DNA of 64,000 nucleotides, taken from the NCBI GenBank assembly GCA_002189035.1, contig CM007989.1, positions 5,828,001-5,892,000 on the forward strand, written 5' to 3'. How positions within the stretch are numbered: position 1 is the stretch's first letter; each line of letters opens with the position of its first letter. The notes under the pieces are model-generated. The model searched no databases. It was not told the DNA's origin and saw only the letters and a program-made list of their open reading frames with translations. The position numbers and the translations under genes were made by a program. This document shows, piece after piece, positions 49,550 to 62,583 of the stretch. This DNA comes from Utricularia gibba. Taxonomy: Eukaryota; Plantae; Magnoliophyta.

Positions 49550-50002
49550 TGATAACACATATTTTTGAGTGGCTCAATGCATGCAATTTACTCATTTTAT
49601 ACTACAAAAATTAAGCTTAATTGCCTGTTTCTATATTTTTGCACATAAGTACCGTAGGAGTGCACTTTTAGTCTTGCGATTTAGTCCCAACCTTCTAACA
49701 GTTCCTTTCGAGCAATGCAGCATGGGTCGCAACACAAATCCCAAGGAGCCGAGTATGAACAATGTGGTGGCAGAGAAGGTGGTAGAAGTCTGAAAAAGAG
49801 TACACACAAAGTCCAAGGAGGTGAAAAAAGGAAGATTTTGGACAAAAAGGGAGGAAAGGTGGAGAGAGAAGCAGATCTCCCCTTGGAGACTCACGAACAC
49901 AATTTCTGAGAAGGTTTTCTGGGGAGGAAGAAGAAGGAAGATAAACAGGAACGAAGCTGAAGTTCAAGATTATTTTCTGTTTTCGAAGAATATTACTCCT
50001 AG
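49550..50002 (+). repeat. Truncated 3' LTR of the Athila element
   Basis: Matches 43176-43644 up to ...TACTCCTAG, then switches to an unrelated TG-start sequence. Confidence 0.93.
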
Positions 50003-51346
50003 TGTTAAGTGTCATTTTCTAGTTATTATTTAGGTATTATTATGTATTAATTAAGTGCTAAGTCGCCCAATTATGAGTCTTATTATTAAGTATTTGATTT
50101 TTACTAGAAAATTCCTATTTTCCCATTTTGTGTATATTTTATGCATTTTTTTCTCACACTTTGACCAAGGCATGTCAGGAAACTGTCAGGAGTGTTGCAG
50201 GAGTATTGCAGGAGTATTGCAGGTGGTCAGACTATGAGTTTTCGTGCCTTGTACGCAAGTTGGAATGATTGTGGGCGGAAGACTGACACTGGTCAAGGCC
50301 CATGACTTACGGTATGTCGGAGTCTGCAGCAATTATTGGGCGCAAACTTGCACGCAAAGAATGGCTACTGGCGCACGCAAGACAGAAGGAATGATGGGAA
50401 GGGGACCCAAAAGAGTTAATGCACGTGGGAAGTCATATAAAAGCCACTTGGACCACTTAGTTTAGAACTTTTGAACAATTTCTCTTGTACTTAGAACTTT
50501 TGAGTTCTTCCTCCCCTCAAGGAGGAAGAACACTTAGTTTCCTTTCGTTTCTGTTTTCCATGGCCCTTTCGGGCTAAAAACCTTTAGTTTCTGGGAAGTA
50601 GATGAAGTTTCCTTCCAAGTCCTGAGCAATACACTCGGTTCTTCACTGAATTCCATTCGGATTCCGCATACTTCTACGCGTCTTGTTACAGTCTTTCTGT
50701 AACGACTCTTAGTCAAGGTCCATGAGTAGCAGGCCACTTCTCGCGGATTTTGGTGAAGATCAAGGTGAAGAGCACCAACTCCAACCCTGCTGGTTCGAGG
50801 GAAGTAGCAGATTGTTTGTGGCCTAGGTACCACGACAGTGGATAGGTTGTGACCTCGGACCTGCCACTGGCCATTGGCAACAGCTGGGCGCACGCGCACA
50901 ATTCGGTTTTGAAGGCAATCGAAGGCAATCCTCTTGTCTTCCTAATCGTCCAAGGGGGAATCACATGAGGCTATTCCCGTGCCTCCTTGTCAATCAGAGT
51001 GTAAGGGAGAGTAGGCTATTCCTTGCTCCTATAACCAGCTATTCGGAAGAAATCAGTGAAAACCGAGGCAAGGACGGACAAAGGAAGGAGATGGAGTCTT
51101 ATTCCCAGGAACTGCGTCCCGTAGTCAAGGCCCAATACTTAGGTTGTATCTTTCATTTCTGCATCTTAAAAACCCCCTTTTACAAAACCGTGACATTTTG
51201 TAGAAGTTGCTTGCAAACACTTTTCACGAAAAATAACTCCCTGAGATCGATACTCGTACTACGTTTTCTAGTGTTTTACGTTTTAAAATATTTAAAATTT
51301 GCTGAGAAAACGACATACAACAAATTTTTGGCACCGTTGCCGAGGA
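50003..51346 (+). mobile_element. Second Athila-family 5' LTR (50003-51322) plus PBS, inserted into the 3' LTR of the first
   Basis: Starts TGTTAAG and ends ...CATACAACA at 51322; PBS TGGCACCGTTGCCGAGGA at 51329-51346. Confidence 0.85.
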
Positions 51347-51384
51347 GTTGTGTATTTTTGTGTTTCGTGTTATGTATAGTTTTT

Positions 51385-52123
51385 CTTTTTTTGGCATGCT
51401 AAACTTAAAGCTAACAGTCGAATAAATAAAGCATAAACCATGTGCATCAACCAAATCACATCCATAGTCTACTTTCGAGTTCACAACAAAGTGCAGAAAG
51501 TGCAAAAGGGAACACATAAAAATAGAGAATATTGGAGGTCTTAGATCAAACTTAGATTTGAGATCTTAGATCTCATTGGAGGTCAAAAGGGAAACAAAGT
51601 GCTTTCGAGTGAAGTTGCAAGATCACGTCTTGATAAACTTAGATTTGAGATCTTAGATCTCATTGGAGGTCAAAGAGAAGGAGAACCTCTATTCTCTTCT
51701 TCACTCTCCGTTTTCTTGCCATTCCTCTTCTCTCTTTCTTCTCTTTTTCCCTCCAAAAGAGGGGTATTTCTATCATTTCTATATAGTTCTAGAAGTGAAA
51801 TAGCTTGCTTCATCGACTTGCTGTTGTAAGTTAGCTGCTTTTTAACTAAAAGCTACTTTTCTCCTAATTTTCCACCCTTTTGACTTTTCAACCTGGGAAG
51901 TGTGTTTTTAGTATCAACTCTTATCCTATTAAGACTTGAATATAGACTAGAAAAAATGTGAGAGTTTCGGTTTAATTGTTACCAATTGAGCCTATTTTCA
52001 TAATAAACACATTCTTATCAACTAAATACACAAAAGAAAACAGCTAAGCATGCAAACCAACATTTAATCATACAAAAGATGCATAAAAATGTTCATAAAA
52101 ATACAATAAATATGGAGTAATCA
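51385..52123 (-). mobile_element. Third Athila-type LTR fragment, inverted
   Basis: Minus-strand start TGATTACTCCATATTTATTG at 52123; internal 40-bp duplication AAACTTAGATTTGAGATCTTAGATCTCATTGGAGGTCAAA at ~51548 and ~51636. Left junction approximate. Confidence 0.7.
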
Positions 52124-53930
52124 CAAACTCACGCAAAACATTTAAAAGCAGTGTTGGAAATGATGCGTGAACAACATTTATGTGCCAAATACATTAAATG
52201 TGATTTCTAAAAGATCAATTTTTCAGGTCATGCAGTATTAGCTGAAGGCAATCAAGTAGATCTAAGTAAGGTGGAGGCTGTATTATAGTGGCCTCAACCC
52301 AAAATAGTTAAGGAGGTTCAGCATTTCTTTGGTTTAGGTGGATGCTACAAAAGGTTCATTGACATGTTTGCAAGAATAGCTCACTCTATAATAGATTTAG
52401 CTAAGAAAGACAGTCTTTTAGTGGACATAGGAATGCCAACGTAGTTTTGATATTCTAAAAAAAGGCTCACAATAGCACCTATGCTAGCATTGCTAAAAGA
52501 AAAAGAAAGTTATGTAGTATATACTGATTCATTGAAAGAAGGCCTTGTCTTTTTACTAATGCCGCAATGTAAACTATTATTATCGAATTCTAGAAAGTTG
52601 AAGCCTCACGAAAAGAATTACTCATGCATGAAATTGACCTAGAAATACTGGTTTTTGTACTAAACATTTAGAAACACAACCCAGATGCAGTGAGATGTGA
52701 ATTATACACATATAAACACTTCTAGAGGCACCTATTCACCTAGAAAGAATTAAATTTTTGGCAAAGAAAATGGTTAGAGCTGATCAAAAGATTACGAGTT
52801 GGATGTGAAATACCAACTTGGAAAATGTAGCCTTCTACTCGATTCCTTGAGCAAAAAGAACTAGGGTTTGATGATAGCATCTTCTACAAAAAATTGGAGG
52901 AGTTGAATTTAGGGTTGGTTAGACCAATTGGCAAGGAGGTAACACAACAAAGGGATCATAATTAATGCAATGGAACAAGTGTATAGATCAAGGAAAAAAT
53001 TAAAAAATTAAAAAGTAGAATATATGCAATGATGCACAGATGATATGTTCTTGATGAGTGAAACATAAGGCAGAAGGTGTTAGCTGAAGCACGACTCCAT
53101 ACTCTCATTTCATCAGGGGGCAATAAGATGCACTAAGATCTTTGACAACATTGCTAGTGGCTTGGGATGAAACACAATATTGCAGAATATGTGACTAAGT
53201 GTAATATTTGCTGAAGGGTAAAAGTTGAATACAAGAAACCAGGAAGAGAACTACAATGCTTGGAGATCCTAGAGTGAAAATTGGACCAAATTAATAAAGA
53301 CTTTATTATAAGACTAGTAAGGACACCTAGAAGGAAAGTCATGATCTGGATAATAGTAGATCAACTTAACAAGGTGGAACATTTTTTGGCTAATAAGACT
53401 ACAAATTCTATGGATAAATTAGCTGAAAAATGCATCAATGAAATTTTGAGACTACATGAAGCGTCGAAGAGTATCACTTTTGATAGGGATCCAAGGTTTG
53501 CATCTAAGTTTTGAAGAAGCTTGTAGAATGTGTTAGAGACAAAATAAAACTTCAGCACAACCTTCTATTCTGAAACAAATGAGAAAATAGAAAGAGTGAA
53601 TCAGATTTTAGAAGATATGATATGAGTCTTTGTTCTTGAATCTAAGGGGGAGCTAGGAAGATTGTTTACCTTCAGTTGAATTTAATTATAATAACAGTTA
53701 TTAAACTAGCCAAGTGATGGCATTGTTTGAGGCCTTATATCGGAGGAGGTGTAGAGTTCCCTTGTCTTGACAAAAAGTTGGAGAGAGGAGTGTTCTAGGT
53801 GCTAAATTCCTAGAAATAGCTAATGAAAAGATGAAAGTGATCAGAAAAAATTTGAAATTTCACTTAGGATTATTATAAAAACTAGGCTGATAAGAGGAGA
53901 AAGCCATTGAAGTTTCCCAAATGAATGGTC
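52124..53930 (+). mobile_element. Tekay/Del pol remnant (RT 3' part, RNase H, integrase)
   Basis: HAKHLKAVLEMMREQHLCAKYIKC, VDLSKVEAVL*WPQPK, SITFDRDPRFASKF; many stops. Confidence 0.85.
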
Positions 53931-53984
53931 TCTCCCAGTTTGGTAAGCTGAATAAACTAACATGTAGACATGTATGGTTGTTAT

Positions 53985-54443
53985 TGTTAAAAATCGGTTT
54001 TTAGGTGATTTTCTGATTTCTGGTGGTAAATCAGTAATCGGCCGATTTATTCGTGTTTGTTTCAATTTTGGGTTGTTTGATAAGTGAGAAAAGGAGATGA
54101 TGATTTTTTTTATAGAAACCGTTGTGATGGAAAACCACGGAGTTGAGAGAGCTCATTGGAGAAATCAATTTCATTAAGAGAGAAAGAGAGGATTACAAAG
54201 AGTGTAATGGGCATAGAATGTAGAATCTCTTTCCTTCTAAAATGGAGGTCCTATTTATAGGGGAGTCCCGTCGACCGATTCTAAAAGAGTCAGTTGCTTT
54301 CTATACTTGGTAGAATATATTGACTTCACTTGTGGTCCTATTGACAGATAACCACTACCTACTCTAAACACTTACAAGTTGGCTGCTTTTTAAACTTTTC
54401 TAAAACTACTGGAGTTTGACATTATCCTTTTTCTATCCCCACA
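53985..54443. mobile_element. Solitary Tat-like LTR distantly related to the 7567/13749 LTRs
   Basis: TGTT...CCCCACA; shares AGAAACCGT...GAAAA.CACGGAG...TCATTGGA and CTATTTATAG blocks. No matching TSD found. Confidence 0.6.
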
Positions 54444-55899
54444 ACTACATGCCTGGTTTACTTGTAGCCATGGATCAATTTATTCGTGTATGTCACTATG
54501 AGGGTCTGATTTGTTGCATCTGCTCCATTCACTAGTTGATTTGCATCCTATTTGCCAATTCATGCAGCATCTATCCAATCTTTCTAAGTATCCGATTTAG
54601 CATTTGCATTGGCTTCCGATTTCCTTCTTCGAATTTGACTACCTGGGGTCATATTTTGTCCCTATATATGCTTCCTACTACATACCGATTTTCGGTATCA
54701 TCAATGGCCATACAAAATTGAACAAAGGATTTCCTCACTAAGGCACGTTGTTTGAATTTTCAAAACTTACAATGTTATTATGGTCATGAATTTTGAAAAG
54801 TAAACCTAATATAATGGTATAAATATAAATAAATCTTAGAAAATTTAAAATACTACTTATATAGGCTCCATTTTAAATTCTCAATTTGGATAAATTAAAA
54901 TTATTAATTCCATGTACCAGTATATTTAAATTGCTTCAACCAAACGTGGGATATGAATATTAATAATTTTAATTCCTAGGATTTAGGACCAATCAATTGC
55001 ATTTTTAGTATTTTTTACCTTATAAACTTATGATGTTTAATAGAAAAATGGTGTTTCAAATTTTTATTTTTAATCTTTTGAAAATTTTAATATTATTTAT
55101 TTTAATATTAAATATGGATTAAATTAATAATTTAGTTCATATTATGTTTTTTAATATTTTTTTTGTCTACCAAAAATTTCTTGAATAAATTAAGCATGAT
55201 TTTGATGTGCATAAAATTGATGATGTGTAATACGAAACAAGGGTACAATGAAAAAATGGATGGACAAAACAAGCAAACATTTTGATCTTAGCAAGAAGTG
55301 GCATCAGCTAGAAATGATGGAAAGATGATCCAGTTTAAGGAAATGAAAGCCAATCATCAACAACTCAAATGTGGAAAAAAAGAGATATGGTACACACAAA
55401 GTCCAAGGAAAGGGAGAGAAGAAGAAAAAGGAATTGTATTTTTGCACTTCTTACAAGCAAAAAAACAATTATCAAAGCAATAAAAACTTCCGTTGAGGGA
55501 GAGGGTGATACAAACTTCAAATACTAGATACCCCTGATGGGGATAGAAGATGAACTAGAATGAAGGAAGTGTTAGAATTGCAATCCAATTGAACAACTTG
55601 ACTGAGTTCCGAGATTATCTACTCCCATCTATTAGTAGCACTATCTAAACAAAATGGACTATTTAACATTTTCAATATTAGACTTTGCACATTTCTACTT
55701 ATTATCTATTTTCAGCATTCTAACTATAAAAATGCTTTTATTTTGCTGAAATTAAACTCTCAGCATACAACGATAGCCCTTTGGTGCACATCTATTTTCA
55801 GCATTCTAACTCTTATAGTTCAAACTCTCATAGATAGATTAAATCAAATATGTCTTGACAACGATTTTGCCAACGTCAATGAATGTTTCGGTGGTGCCA

Positions 55900-56800
55900 T
55901 GGAATGTCTCTAATCTTTGGGCCTAATAACATGAGGCTTGAGAAACTACATTCTAATCTCTTGTACTTCCCTTTGTTGTTGCAACAAGTTTACTAGGTGT
56001 ATATTGTTGTTTGCATTTTTGAGTTGTGTGTTTTAGCAATCCTGTGTTGTGTATTGTTGCTTGCAATGTCCTTGAAGCTTTGTTTTCTCCATTGTGAAGC
56101 ATAAAGATGCCTATCCAAATGGCTATTGAAGACTGTAGCAAAAAAAACGAAGCAGTCCTAGAAGTACAAGGATTAGATGGAATATTGAGAATTGGTTTCG
56201 AGGGTGAATATCATCAAGCTCTTCAAAAGTTTATAATATCTAAAATTGCACTGCACGAAGTTGTGTAGACCCTAAGCAGTATGGTGGAAGTTATGTAATG
56301 CTCTCATGTGTAATAGTGGAAAGCATCGTGTATCATCCAACGCAATCCTAGGGCAAAGCGGAGCACCAATAACACATTTCATGATGTTTGTTGCAATTAG
56401 GCATGGCAGCACCATGTAATGCAAGATAAGTGCTTACCACAACACTAGTCCTAGAATCTAAGTTATTCGGTGTTGCCATTCATAATCGCAGGAAGCTCTA
56501 GAAACGTGTTATAGGTACTCCAATTTGTCATAGCATCACGTTGGATGACATTCAATGTGCTCATGTGTAGTTGTTTGAATAACTAAAATAGATGGAATCT
56601 AATATTTCAAGCAATGTCTTCATAAAAGAATCACAACACAAGGTGTTAAGCAATCATTTTGTAATACTCCACAAATGTTGTTCTACACAATATTGAATGA
56701 ATGTCATAACATCCAACTCATCAATTAAGACTTCTAGAAAGGTCCTAATATCACTCACCGACATAGTGAGCAATTGTTGGCTATGTAGGTGGTGAGTAAA
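55900..56800 (-). mobile_element. PIF/Harbinger transposase remnant
   Basis: Decayed DDE_Tnp_4-like motifs in the expected order: DSR, then QFSIF, then IAIWIGIFMLHN (cf. DS.VL...RF.IL...IV.AC..LHN). Confidence 0.5.
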
Positions 56801-58338
56801 ATGACATTCTCAGGCTATCCACTACAAAAAGACATAAGAGATAATGCAAATGCATTTTATAAGATTGTGTTGAAATAATAATTGGGTTAATGAGTGACTT
56901 GTATAGTTTAATATTATTGTTGAAGTCTAGGTTGGCTTCCCACACATGACTCGACATCTTTGGTTTAATATTATTGTTGTTGTTGTCATGTATGAATAGA
57001 ACGAGTATCATGTGTATTAGATCTCTCTCCTTTGAAGATGAGTGCTACTAGCTAGGGTTGTAATAACCATGGATGCTGTGGTCTAACTATATACTACACG
57101 GTATTTATTATTTTGGAATAAATATTTTTATTTATGTTGTCGAGGTCGGGGGATGGTCAGTGCTCATGGGCAGGAGGGACAGGCAGAGGAGGCGCCTATT
57201 TATTATTTGGAATAAATTTCAATGAAATTATTGATACTCTTCTTGAAGCTTTTCGTTTCTTCAATCCTTCTTTCTCATGCTCTGGTAGTCACGGCCATGA
57301 ACTCAACTACTTCACCTCCCCCTCTCAGCGCCCCTTTTCCTCGTTCTTCTTTGCTTGCCTTTTTCGTATAATTCTCTCAGCACCTTTTTTTATATGGGAA
57401 AAAAGTTGTAGTGTCTATCTGTTGCTTCACTGATATCTCTACTGCTTCTCCGTTTGTTCTGCTTCGAAAATTGCAACACTAGTCTTCCCGACTACTGCCG
57501 CAGCTTAATTGGTGAGGTTTGTTTATCTGGTATTTTTTTTGGATTTTGGATTTTGGGTTTTGTTTTCAAATGTGGGTTTTATGTGGGATCAATGGATCTT
57601 TGTAGTACGGTTTCTGAGAGGATTTTCGGCAGTTAACCAAGATCTGTGCTTTTCTTAGTTTCTGGGGCTCCTAGTAGCTTGTATGCTGGATTTGTGGTTT
57701 AGTGCGTAATTTTCAGTTATGGTTACTGTGGTTCATGCTAGTTTGCTGCAAGAGTGGATTTTAATCCGAGTGCTGAAACAAGGGATGGGACTGATTTTTT
57801 TTGGTGAAAAAATGGGTATTTGCTTTAAATGTGTACTGTTTCTTTTCCTTCTCCTGTATCTGCATCTGGGTAAAATTGCTCCAGTATTGCGTTTAATTAT
57901 TGGTTGTTTTACCGATTTTCATTGGCCGTCGTGCTCTTTTGTTGCGCATTCATAGACATGGCTTTTAGGAGCAGTGGGTAGTAGAACTGCGCTCGAAGGA
58001 TTTATTTTGGATGAATAAGAAAACTGCAAGCAAGTTAAATTGATTGAGTTTTATGAAGTCTTGTACCTTTTTATCTTGAATTTCTCAATTCTTGACAGTA
58101 TTTCTCAAGTTTCACCTTCTTCTCCTTGATTTTCTTTTTGCTTTTTGTTCCAATCAATGGTCACTTCTGCGTTATCTAAACGAGTGAGATTATTCTTTTG
58201 TCACCATGCTTAGATTTCTGCAGTCTGACCCATTCACTTTGTTGCACCTTTTCTACTGGTTTCAGAGCCATTTTTGAATTGAGATCAAAGGGATGGAAGA
58301 GATAGAAGCAAAAAGTTGAATCTCTGAGAGAGGTTTCC

Positions 58339-60038
58339 ATGGATGCCAAAATTAACGCCTTTGAGAAACTGAGATTAGAGTCGACATCAGAAAAGCTACC
58401 TTTACGGATGCAAGATGTATCACACTTGAGTCATCCAAAACCTGCTCCGACACTAGGGGCTGCAGTTGATCAAGATAAGTTAAACACAGAGCACAAGAAT
58501 GTGAAGGATGGTTATGCAGCATTGGATGATGGAGCAAAAGGCGTTGCAAAGAAAAGCACCAGCATCAAGAATGGTGATCGTGTGGATTATGCAGAGAGTG
58601 GGAAGAGCAGTTTGTGTAGGGTAGTACAAGTACCGATATTAGTGATGAGAGTACTTGCAGTAGCCTGACTAACAGTGCTAACAAACCCCATAAATCAAAT
58701 GATATTAGATGGGAGGCAGTCCAGGCAGTCCGCTCCAAGGATGGAGGAGCTTTAGATCTGAGGCATTTCAGACTCTTGAAAAAATTGGGTTCTGGTGATA
58801 TTGGTAGCGTGTACTTGTCTGAATTATGTGGTACGATGTGCTATTTTGCCATGAAGGTTATGGATAAGGCTTCTCTTGCCAGTCGGAAGAAGCTTCTGCG
58901 TGCTCAGGTGGAAAAAGAAATATTGCAGTCTCTAGATCACCCTTTTCTGCCAACTCTGTACTCGCATTTTGAAACCGAAAAATTTTCATGCTTGGTTATG
59001 GAATTCTGCCCAGGAGGTGATCTGCATACCCTTCGGCAAAAACAACCAGGAAAGCATTTCTCAGAGCAAGCAGTGAGGTATGCAGCTTCATGATCTTTTA
59101 TTTTTTCAGCCTATTTTTTTTGCCTGATATTCTGTAAGTCAATGGTCTATGTTGTGTATGAAATGCAGGTTTTACGTTGCCGAGGTTCTTCTTGCTATAG
59201 AGTACCTTCACATGCTGGGCATCGTGTATCGTGACCTCAAGCCAGAGAATGTGCTTGTAAGGAGGATGGGCACATTATGCTATCGGATTTTGATCTTTCA
59301 CTTCGCTGCAATGTGAGTCCAACTCTGATCAAGTCCTCATCCCTGGAAACTGACTCACAGAAGAAAAACAGTGGCAATTACTGTGTCCAGCCATCCTGCA
59401 CTGAGCCATCATGCATCCAACCATCTTGTGTTATTCCCACAACATGCTTTGGACCTCGCTTCTTCTCTGGTAAATCAAAGAAAGAGCACAAACCCAAGAA
59501 TGAGATTCGAAGTCAAGTGAGCCCATTGCCGGAGCTCATTGCTGAACCTACAGATGCCCGTTCCATGTCCTTTGTTGGTACGCATGAATACCTGGCCCCA
59601 GAGATCATCAAGGGAGAAGGGCATGGCAGTGCAGTTGACTGGTGGACATTTGGTATTTTCATGTATGAACTGCTGTTTGGAAAGACACCATTCAAGGGAT
59701 CTGGAAATCGAGCCACACTTTTCAATGTCGTTGGCCAGCCACTGCGGTTCCCTGAGTCACCAGTGGTGAGCTTTGCAGCAAGAGATTTGATCAGAGGTTT
59801 GTTAGTGAAGGAGCCACAACATCGATTGGCGTATAAACGAGGAGCAACTGAAATAAAGCAACACCCTTTCTTTGAAGGCGTGAACTGGGCTCTCATCCGT
59901 TGCGCTAGTCCTCCAGAGGTCCCTAGACTGGTTGATCTCGAAAAAGTCGTTGCCTCTGTGCCATCCTCTGCGACTGTGGAAGCTGCTGTACCAGCTGCCA
60001 AGATCCTCCATAATTATCTGGAATTCGATTTCTTTTAG
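58339..60038 (+). pseudogene. D6PK: D6PK/D6PKL-type AGCVIII protein kinase with two single-base frameshifts (true lesion or assembly error)
   Basis: Exons 58339-59077 and 59169-60038. [42 protein letters not shown]-rich insert [28 protein letters not shown]-terminal EFDFF. One G missing at ~58620 and one at ~59262. Confidence 0.9.
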
Positions 60039-60544
60039 TGGTCTTCTCGTGATTTGTTTCTCCTGTTGTTTGGCAATTACTTGTTATCGTACTCATTGTT
60101 GTAAGCTGCAACTGATTTTTTAAAGTTTTCACCGTAAGAAACATGGGATAAGTGTAAAGTTTGGTGTGCGGATGTGAGACTGCTTTCTAGGTGCTGTTTA
60201 TTTGAAATTTGTGTATTTTAACATTAACATATTAGCCTATTACAACAAACTTTTTAATAGCTTAGAGTTCATACTGAATTTTTATTTTTCAGTCCCTGAT
60301 CTCTCGAAGTCCGACAAGGTGATATCCATCCGGCGGGCGGCGTGTTCAAGGACTGCGGTGGCAGCCAATTTCAAAAGAGGGTACGAAGTGTTTTTGATTA
60401 CCTTGCTAAAGCTTCACAAAGCACTAAGTTGGTGTAACAGTTGTAAGAGCAGCGATTTACATGATGACTTAATCCAGCACAAACAAGTAAAATGGATTGA
60501 CCTTGTCAGGCTCCTTGTGCATTAGATGAAGGGGAGAATCTAAC

Positions 60545-62583
60545 TCACCAAAGGGGCTTCTCACCAGGCAAGTACGATGGTGAACTCCCCTCTTGCTTGG
60601 TTTTCCTCTTGTGGAACACGACACTAAAGCTAGGCATGAGGGCTTTCCTACCGGTTGATGATGACTTAGATTTCTCTAACTTTCTTGTTTCCAGTGCTTT
60701 CTCTGGAGATCCAAGTTGATAACTATACGGAGAGAGTTCTGATGGTTTCTCTGCTTCAGAAAGGATGCGAGATGCTATCTCTGCTGCTTTCTTTTGTTCC
60801 TGTTCACGCCATCTTCTGAGTTCGCCTTCCACAGCTCTTCTTGCAGCTTCAGCCATCTCTGCCTTTTTCAGTGCCTCCTTAGTTGCAGTTTTCATGTCTT
60901 CTATTTCCTTCTGCATACTCTCAAGTCTCTTCAGAGCCTCGTCTTCACTGGCTTTTATAGCTTCTACCTGGGCCATTGCGGCTGCGACCTTTAACTCTGC
61001 TAACTTTTCAGACTCCTCAACTTTTCGGTTCAATGATTCAAACTCACCTCTTGATATTGTGATCTCTGCTCCAGCATACAATGCCGGGGAACGTTCTGCA
61101 TTAGCCTTCTCAGATAGCTTCTTGATTTGATCAAGTACTCTAGCCTCAGATCCCTTAGCTTCTTCAGCTTCAAGAATCACAGTTCTTAGTCTACTTTCAG
61201 CTTCCTCCAGCTCAGTTTTTCTAGCGTCTGCTTCTAACTTCATCTCTTCAGCTTTCTTTTTCATCTCATTCGCTTCCCGCTTCGCATTTTCAGTTTCCAA
61301 AGCCAACACACGGTGTGAAGCTGGGAGTTCTTCTGACAACATTCTCACTTTGGCTTCCTCAGCAAGAGACTCCTCTAACTCAGACTTGGCTTTCAAGAGC
61401 TTCAGATGAAGATTACCCGCAGCTGATTCCATTTCTGCTTCTTTCTCTTTCAATTCAGAATGCTCTCTCCTTACATCTTCAAGTTCCGATTTAAGGGTAT
61501 CCACAAGGATCCTTAGAGATCTCTCCTCCTCTGCCATTTTAAATAAAGATTCCTTGGCATCGTCTAGTTCCTTAGTCACAGTATTTACAGAGTCACGATC
61601 TAAAGCCCTCGCTTGTTCAATCTGACTGACTACAGATTCGATTTCCGAGGAAGCCTCATTCAGTTGAGTCTCTACACTTTTTACCCTCTCAGGGTCGGTG
61701 TCTTTCTTCAAGCCAAGCAGCTTTGTTTCCAATTCTTTCAGTCGAAATTTCTGCATTTGCTTCTGCTCTTCCTTTTTAGTACAGATCGCAATTTCATCTT
61801 CTTTCACTTTGGCTGCTGCGAGCTTTATGTACTGTAAAGAAGCATTCACACTGCAAATTTCCTTGGTAATCTCATGAATTCTCGCCATGTTTTCTTTCAC
61901 GGCATTGTCTGCTTCAAAGGCCTGCTTTTCTGCTGTGTTTTTCGCTTTCAAGGATGCAGCATAGTCCAGGCGACATGCACCAAGCTCCTGCTTCGTCGCA
62001 TGAAGTTCAGCCATTGTAGCCACATATTGAACCCCCTGAGTTTCGACATCTTTCTTTGAAACAAAATCAACTCCCTCAAAACCATCACTGTTTCTAGTAA
62101 AATTCTTTGCTTGCTCTCTAACAATTTCAGTGTCCCGAATAGCTTGGTTTTTCGAATCACTCGTAACTTTAAGCTTCTCATTCAGATGCTCCACAGTATT
62201 TTTAGCCTTTTCAAGCTCTGAGACAGCCTGACCTTTAGTTGTCTCGGCATTTTTCAGCTGATCTTTCAACTTATTCAACTCCTTAACAGCCAAATGAAGC
62301 CGTGTTTCCTTAGCAAGCACTCTCTGCCAAAAAGAAACAAACAACACAGCTTGTGAAGGCAATCCTATTCAACTCTCATCTGGTACAAAGAAAAGCGGAG
62401 CCACATAGATACCTCTGCGGACTGTGCTTCGGTCTTCCTGACAATCGGCTTCACCCCAGAAAAGGCACTTTCTCCAAATAAGGTAATTGCATCCTTCACA
62501 GACTGAAAGGGTGGGCTGGTATCTATCTCGCCAACCTCAGCCTTACCCGATCCGTTGGTTCTTTTGTAATCTTTGGCAACCAT
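60545..62583 (-). CDS. WEB-family (DUF827) coiled-coil protein, At5g55860-like, 649 aa
   Basis: Exons 62583-62413 and 62323-60545. EVGEIDTSPPFQSVKDAITLFGE; long heptad repeats; AEMAEAARRAVEGELRRWRE; PSYLPGEKP C-terminus. Confidence 0.93.

Larger units (their letters stand above)
43176..50002 (+). mobile_element. Athila LTR retrotransposon, non-autonomous (gag-protease plus env-like; no RT or integrase)
   Basis: 5' LTR 43176-44351 (TGATA...TATCA); PBS TGGCGCCGTTGCCGGGGA 44355-44372 (tRNA-Asp type); 3' LTR starts at 49550 and is cut at 50002 by another LTR. Confidence 0.93.

Noticed and set aside
43300-50033. Duplicated short ORFs at 43300-43609 and 49631-50033
   Set aside because: They are the same LTR sequence seen twice, not genes.
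54742-54950. Tourist-like MITE
   Set aside because: TIR match is partial and no TAA/TTA duplication is present on the right.
58293-58319. Short uORF MEEIEAKS* upstream of the kinase ATG
   Set aside because: Eight codons with no conservation evidence; expected by chance in a long leader.
58600-58640. Programmed ribosomal frameshifting to rescue the kinase
   Set aside because: No slippery heptamer or downstream structure, and a second independent shift would also be needed.
39946-60038. PILS2 and D6PK as an auxin-transport gene cluster
   Set aside because: They are 17 kb apart and separated by TE nests, with no shared structure; chance co-location is sufficient.
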